From the NCBI GenBank assembly GCA_963822945.1, contig CAWGJO010000022.1:27891-91890 (forward strand): a stretch of DNA of 64,000 bases. Reading direction: 5' to 3'. The notes below the pieces were generated by a model. That model did not search any database. It was given only the letters and a program-made list of their open reading frames with translations, and was not told the origin of the DNA. Shown here piece after piece: positions 58,830 through 64,000 of the stretch. The position numbers were made by a program, and so were the translations under genes. The DNA comes from an uncultured Gemmatimonadaceae bacterium. Lineage in GTDB: Bacteria; Gemmatimonadota; Gemmatimonadetes; Gemmatimonadales; Gemmatimonadaceae. Each line of letters opens with the position of its first letter. Positions within the stretch are counted from its first letter, which is position 1.

Positions 58830-61273
58830 CCCGCGCCTCCGTCGAAGGTGCGCGCTTGCCAGGAGCTGATCACGACCGTCAGCGAGCTCGCCGGCATCAT
58901 CAACGCTGCAACGAGGGGATTGATCGCGCCAGCCATGGCGAGCCCGGCGCCGACGAGATTGTAGACCAGGGAGAAGGCGAGATTGCGCCGGATCACGCCC
59001 ATCGTCCGTCCAGCGCCCCGCATCAACTGCCCCAGGGGCGCCAGTCCCGACTGCGTCAGATACACGTCCGCCGTGGCCAGACACGCCTCGGCGCCCCCGT
59101 GCACGCCGACGCCCACCGACGCGGCGGCCATGGCGGCCGCGTCGTTCACGCCATCGCCGACCATGACCACGGCGCGGCCGTCGCGCGCCGCCTCCACCAC
59201 GCGCCGCTTGTCCTCGGGGGCAGCGCCGCCCACGCACTCGTCCGCAGGCAGGTCGAGCGCGCCGGCGACGGCGCGCACCACCGCCGGCGCGTCGCCCGAC
59301 AGGATGCGCACGTCCCACCCGCGGGCGCGCAACGCGCGCACGGCCGCTGCGGCATCGGGGCGCACCGGATCGCCGAGCCCCGCGCTGGCCACCACGCGTC
59401 CGTCCACCGCCACCAGCACCGGGGTGAGACTCGCTTCCGTGCCCGCCACCGGCTCGGTGGGCGCGGCCTCCGCCAGCACGAAGCGGGGCGAGCCCACCAC
59501 GACGTCGTGTCCCGCCACCCGTCCGCGCACGCCGCCGCCCACCACGTGCACGCTGCCGTCGGCCGCCGGCGCCACGACGTCCGGCCATGCGGCGCGGAAT
59601 CCGGCGGCGATGGGATGCGTGGAATCCGCTTCCAGGGCGAGCACCAGCGGCCGGACCCAGTCGGGGCCCGTCCAGCGCACGAGCCCGGTGCGCCCCTCGG
59701 TGATCGTGCCCGTCTTGTCCAGAAACAGCAGCCCCGGGCGGGCGAGCGTCTCCACCACGTCGCCCCCCTTGATGAAGATGCCGGCACGCGCGGCCCGGCC
59801 GATGGCCATCGACACGGCGAGCGGCGTGGAGAGCGCGAGCGCGCAGGGGCAGGTCACGATGAGCAGGGAGATGGCGTTGTCCACGGCCCGCGCCGGATCG
59901 CGAATCTCCCAGATCACGAACGTGATGGCCGCGAGCAGCAGCACGACGCCCACGAACCAGGCCGCCATGCGGTTGGCCGTCTCCACCACGGGCGCCTTTC
60001 GCCGCGCACTCTCCTCCACCTGCATCAGGATCTTCGCCACCCGGCTCGACTCGCCGGCCTGCTCCACGCGCACGCGCAGCGGCGACGAGAGGTTCACGGT
60101 GCCGGCGAACACCTCGCTGCCCTCGGCCGCCGGAACCGGGTGCGACTCGCCGGTAAGGAGCGCCGTGTTGAGCCGCGACTCGCCGCGTGTGACCACGCCG
60201 TCGGCGGCCAGCGTCTCGCCGGGCCGCACGTCGAGGACCATGCCCGGGAGCAGCGCCTCGGAGGGCATCTCACGTACGCTGCCGTCGTCCTCGGCGACGC
60301 GGGCCGTCGAGGGCGTGAGCGAGTACAGCAACTCGGCGCCGTCGGCCGCCGCGCGCTGGCCGCGCTGCTGCAGGTAGCGGCCCACGAGCAGCAGGAAGAT
60401 CAGCAGCGCGAGCCCGTCGAAATAGATGGGCCCCGAGTCGCGCACGGTGTTCACCGCGCCCTGCAGGTAGCCCACGGCGAGGCCCAAGGCCACCGGCACG
60501 TCCATGTGCAGCGTGCGGGTGCGCAGCGCGGCCCACGCGCCGGAGAAGAACACCCGTCCGGGCCAGAGCAGCGCCGGCGTCACCAGCAGAAAGCTCAGCC
60601 AGCGAAAGAACAGCTGCCACTCGTGCTCCATGCCCCCCAGCCATCCCGCGTACAGGGCGAACGCGGCGAGCATGATGTTGCCGGCGATCGCGCCCGCCAC
60701 GCCGATGCGCACGAGCATCGCCCGGTCCTCACGTCGTCGAATCGCATCCCGCTGCACGCCGCGAAACGGGTGCGGCGGGTAGCCGAGCGAATCGAGCATG
60801 CGCGCCACGCGCGACAGCGGTACCGAGGCCGGATCCCAGATCACGCGGGCCAGCGATCGCCGGATCTCCAGCTCGGCGGCCGCCACGCCGGGCAACAGCA
60901 GCGGCACGCGCTCCACCAGCCAGACGCACGACGCGCAGTGCACGCCTTCCAGATACAGATCCGCCTGGGCGAGCCCGTCGGGACGCCGCTGGACGTACAG
61001 CTTGTGGAAGGCGTCGTGGTCGAACTCCTCGTACATGCGCCCGGTGGGCCGCACGGCCTCCTCGCGAAGTTCGCCCAACCGGTAGTACTGGTCGAGGCCG
61101 TGCTCGTGCAGGATGTCGAACGCGGTCCGGCACCCCGTGCAACAGAACTGTCGCTCGGCGCCGGCGTCCACGAGGCCGGTCGGCACCTCGAGGCCGCAGT
61201 GCGTGCAGATGACGCGGGTGCGCGGCGCGGCCGCGGCCCCGGACGTCAGTGCGGCCCGCTCAGTGTACGACAT
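58826..61273 (-). CDS. ccoI: Cu-translocating P1B-ATPase CcoI/FixI
   Basis: N-terminal CTHCG..FCCTGC, HCASCVWLVE, LTGES, CPCAL, DKTGT and GDGVND. Confidence 0.93.
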   Translation of the reverse strand: MSYTERAALTSGAAAAPRTRVICTHCGLEVPTGLVDAGAERQFCCTGCRTAFDILHEHGLDQYYRLGELREEAVRPTGRMYEEFDHDAFHKLYVQRRPDGLAQADLYLEGVHCASCVWLVERVPLLLPGVAAAELEIRRSLARVIWDPASVPLSRVARMLDSLGYPPHPFRGVQRDAIRRREDRAMLVRIGVAGAIAGNIMLAAFALYAGWLGGMEHEWQLFFRWLSFLLVTPALLWPGRVFFSGAWAALRTRTLHMDVPVALGLAVGYLQGAVNTVRDSGPIYFDGLALLIFLLLVGRYLQQRGQRAAADGAELLYSLTPSTARVAEDDGSVREMPSEALLPGMVLDVRPGETLAADGVVTRGESRLNTALLTGESHPVPAAEGSEVFAGTVNLSSPLRVRVEQAGESSRVAKILMQVEESARRKAPVVETANRMAAWFVGVVLLLAAITFVIWEIRDPARAVDNAISLLIVTCPCALALSTPLAVSMAIGRAARAGIFIKGGDVVETLARPGLLFLDKTGTITEGRTGLVRWTGPDWVRPLVLALEADSTHPIAAGFRAAWPDVVAPAADGSVHVVGGGVRGRVAGHDVVVGSPRFVLAEAAPTEPVAGTEASLTPVLVAVDGRVVASAGLGDPVRPDAAAAVRALRARGWDVRILSGDAPAVVRAVAGALDLPADECVGGAAPEDKRRVVEAARDGRAVVMVGDGVNDAAAMAAASVGVGVHGGAEACLATADVYLTQSGLAPLGQLMRGAGRTMGVIRRNLAFSLVYNLVGAGLAMAGAINPLVAALMMPASSLTVVISSWQARTFDGGAG

Positions 61274-61994
61274 GCCCGGCGTCCATCGGCATGGATGCCG
61301 GCGCGGCGTGCGCGCCCATGCGCATGGCCGGCGGGTGCACCCGTCCCGCGATGGACAGCAGGCCCAGCACGAGCACCAGGGCCGCACTGGCCAGGGGGAG
61401 GCGGCGGGCCACCGGGCCCAGCAGCCGTTGCGCGCCCATCCCGAGCGCCAGGAGAATGGGCACCGTGCCCAGCCAGAACGCGAACATCACGCCGGCGCCG
61501 GCCAGCGGGCTGCCGGTGCCTCCGGCGGTGACGACGAAGGTGTACAGCCAGCCGCAGGGCAGCAGCGTGGTGAGCAGCCCGGTGACTGCGGCCCGGGCCA
61601 CCGGAGGGCGGTCGCGCATGGCGACGAGCGCGGCGCCCAGCCGGCGCTTGGCCCACTCGGGCGCCAGCGTGCCGGGCACGCGCACGCCCATGCTGGCGGC
61701 AATGATGCCCAGCGCCCACGCCACCATGAGGGTGCCCGCGAGCACGGCGGCTCCGCGGCTGAAGCCGGCGAACCGGCCCAGGTCGTCCACGCGGGCGCCG
61801 ATGGCGCCGGCGATCACGCCGAGGGTCACGTACGACACCAGCCGTCCGCCGTTGTACGCCAGATGCGCCGGCAGATTCGCCAGCCCGCGCGGGGTGGAGG
61901 CTCCGGCGTACACGCAGACGAACCCGCCGCACATCGCCGCGCAGTGGATGCTGCCCACCAGGCTGGCGACGAGCACGCCGAACAGCAGGGTCAC
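61260..61994 (-). CDS. DsbD_2/TauE-like membrane protein of the cbb3 assembly cluster
   Basis: GSIHCAAMCGG, YNGGRLVSY..LG, LLPCGWLY and MFAFWLGTVP; Met/His-rich tail. Confidence 0.88.
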   Translation of the reverse strand: MTLLFGVLVASLVGSIHCAAMCGGFVCVYAGASTPRGLANLPAHLAYNGGRLVSYVTLGVIAGAIGARVDDLGRFAGFSRGAAVLAGTLMVAWALGIIAASMGVRVPGTLAPEWAKRRLGAALVAMRDRPPVARAAVTGLLTTLLPCGWLYTFVVTAGGTGSPLAGAGVMFAFWLGTVPILLALGMGAQRLLGPVARRLPLASAALVLVLGLLSIAGRVHPPAMRMGAHAAPASMPMDAGHVVH

Positions 61995-62479
61995 GTGCCG
62001 GGTCCCGCGGGCACGGCCTCCACGCGCGACGTGGAGGTGAACCGGGTGGTGCCGCGTTTCACGTCGAACTGCAGTTCCCACACGCCGCCGTGCTTCACGG
62101 GCAGCGTGGCCACGTATCCGGCGGAGTCGGCGTGGAGCGTGGTGTCGATGATGTCGTTGGCGCGGGCATTGTAGAATGCGGCCACCCGGACCGTGGCGCC
62201 GGCAATCGATGCGCCCGACGCGTCGGTGAGCGTCACCTGCAGGCGGGCGCCGTCGCGCGCCGTGAACGCACCCAGCGTGGGCGCCAGGTGCCAGCCGAGC
62301 GCCAGGTTCTGGCGCTTCTGGGCCATCGTGCTGTCCCAGTTCACGGCCTTCTGGTAGTAGTCGGGCTCGATGGCGAACGACGGGTCGTCGTTGGCCACCC
62401 GCAGCACCCAGATGTTGAGGCCCACCGTGGCGGCGAGTATCGCGACGATGCCCAGGGGCCAGCCGGATCCGCGTTTCAT
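61991..62479 (-). CDS. ccoH: FixH/CcoH family protein
   Basis: WPLGIV..TM..A.DDP..PDYYQKA..W; positioned between ccoG and ccoI. Confidence 0.82.
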   Translation of the reverse strand: MKRGSGWPLGIVAILAATVGLNIWVLRVANDDPSFAIEPDYYQKAVNWDSTMAQKRQNLALGWHLAPTLGAFTARDGARLQVTLTDASGASIAGATVRVAAFYNARANDIIDTTLHADSAGYVATLPVKHGGVWELQFDVKRGTTRFTSTSRVEAVPAGPGT

Positions 62480-63910
62480 CGTTTTCCGTCCTCATCATGA
62501 TGGGGGGCGTCGTCGTGTTCGTCGTGCTCCGGTCCGACGAGCCGGTAGGGCACGCCTTCGCTGAACCCGCCGCCGTCGGCCACGCGCACCGTGATGTTCC
62601 GCGCGCCGTCGTGGAACGCGGACGGCGGCAGCATCACGAAGAGCGCCATCGTGCTCGTCTGGCCGGCGTCCACCGACATCGGGTTGTCGGGCGCGATCAG
62701 GGCGCCCTCGGCCGCGCCCTCGATCGAGATTCGATATGCCTGCGGTCGCGTTGGACCGGTTGGTGATCTTCACGCGAAGCTGGTTGGCCACGCGGCCGTC
62801 CGGTTCGAGGACGTACGGCTCGCCCATGCCGCGCAGCACCGTGACGTCCGCGGGCGCTTTGGTGCCGAGCGTGACCACGAATCCGCCGACGGCGATGGCG
62901 AGGGCGAGTGGATAGAGCACCACGCGGGGCCGCAGCCGGCGGACCTTCTCGCCCTCGAGTGCGGCCTGTGACGAATAGCGGATGAGACCGGGCGGCTTGC
63001 CGACGCGGGCCATGATCGCGTCGCAGGCATCGGCGCACTGCGTGCAATGGATGCATTCCATCTGCAGGCCGTCGCGGATGTCGATGCCCGTGGGGCAGGT
63101 GATGACGCAGGCACCGCAATCGATGCAGTCGCCGGCCTCCGCGCGGTCCTTCCCCCTGGCGCGTGGCTCGCCGCGCTTGCGGTCGTAGGCCACGATGAGC
63201 GACTGGCGGTCGAGCAGCACCGACTGCCACCGGCCGTACGGACAGGCCACCAGGCAGGTCTGCTCCCGGAACCAGGTGAAGTCGGCCATGATGCCGAACG
63301 TCGTGATCGCCATGACGGCGAACGACGTCGGATGCTCGAACGGCGACTGCCGCACCCACTCTACCAGCCGGTCGATGCCCACGAAGTAGGCCAGGAAGGT
63401 GTGCGCCAGGAAGAGCGACAGCACGCCGTAGACGGCGTACTTGGCGATGCGGCGCGGATGGAGCTGGCCGCGCATGCCCTCGCGGTCCATCTGCATGGAG
63501 CCGCTGCGTCCGCCCTCGAACAGCCGTTCGATGGGACGGTAGAGGAACTCCATGTAGACCGTCTGCGGGCATCCCCACCCGCACCACACGCGTCCCGCCA
63601 GCGCCGTCAGCAGGAAGATCGCGACGATGATGCTGAACAGCAGGAACATCAGCAGCAGTGTATCGGTGGGCAGGAAGGTCGTGCCGAAGAGTGTGAACTG
63701 CCGGCGGGGCAGGTCGAGCAGCACGAGCGGCTTCCCGTTCATCCGCAGGTAGGGGATGATGAAGAAGACGAACATCAGCCCGTATGCCACCACGCGGCGC
63801 CGGTGCCAGAACTTGCCTGGCGACGGCTTGGGACGGATCCAACGGCGGGATCCGTCCTCGTTCAGCGTCGGGAGGACGCGCCCGGCAGGGGCGGGGGCGG
63901 GAGCGGTCAT
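62476..63910 (-). CDS. ccoG: Cytochrome c oxidase accessory protein CcoG/FixG, frameshift near 62740
   Basis: GRVWCGWGCPQTVY, REQTC..CPYGRWQS, CIDCGACVITCPTGIDIRDG and CIHCTQCADAC. Confidence 0.95.
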
Positions 63911-64000
63911 TCGGGACGTTTGACCTCGACGCCCTGCGGCGCCTTGGGGTTCGGCGGGTTGGTGCCGTGCAGCCCGAAATACACGTAGACCGTGACGTCG
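63907..64000 (-). CDS. ccoP: C-terminus of cbb3-type oxidase subunit III (partial)
   Basis: ..DVTVYVYFGLHGTNPPNPKAPQGVEVKRPE*; stop overlaps ccoG ATG; typical CcoP tail and position. Confidence 0.7.
   Translation of the reverse strand, partial: DVTVYVYFGLHGTNPPNPKAPQGVEVKRPE

Noticed and set aside
1..64000. tRNA, rRNA, prophage or anti-phage defence genes
   Set aside because: None recognised by eye; covariance-model and HMM scans were not possible.

Overview
GC-rich bacterial window (roughly 70% GC by eye). Gene content suggests Gemmatimonadota, which is an inference. Many otherwise intact genes carry single-base indels, often in homopolymers, consistent with uncorrected long-read errors. 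From left to right: an FMN-dependent alpha-hydroxy-acid dehydrogenase; a divergent DUF2249/ScdA-N/cupin cluster with two CRP/FNR-like boxes; an esterase, an acyl-CoA dehydrogenase, a TetR/DUF1772 pair with a palindromic operator, and an OPT transporter; a heavily decayed 10.2-15.7 kb patch (PRC-barrel, sigma54 activator, HPF/RaiA, LuxR, IS3 orfA remnant); a long run of peptidases and glycan enzymes (S9, S41, TPR, Tat-exported unknown, GH53, amidohydrolase, GT-C, M20, TreT-like, PepT, VPS10-like); TonB, GntR-xylB-cls, CBS/USP, feoAB and a sigma70. The main result is at 48-58.4 kb, directly downstream of the cbb3 oxidase assembly genes (ccoP-G-H-DsbD_2-I-S): two convergent, partly paralogous respiratory modules carrying about 56 c-heme motifs. 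One module encodes a bc-type cytochrome b that keeps all four heme-b His but lacks the PEWY Qo motif, a Rieske-fold protein that has lost all four [2Fe-2S] ligands but keeps the disulfide Cys pair, a 9-heme cytochrome, a 22-heme NapC/NrfH-headed cytochrome and a B12-binding radical SAM enzyme. This looks like a repurposed bc-derived complex that cannot run a Q-cycle.
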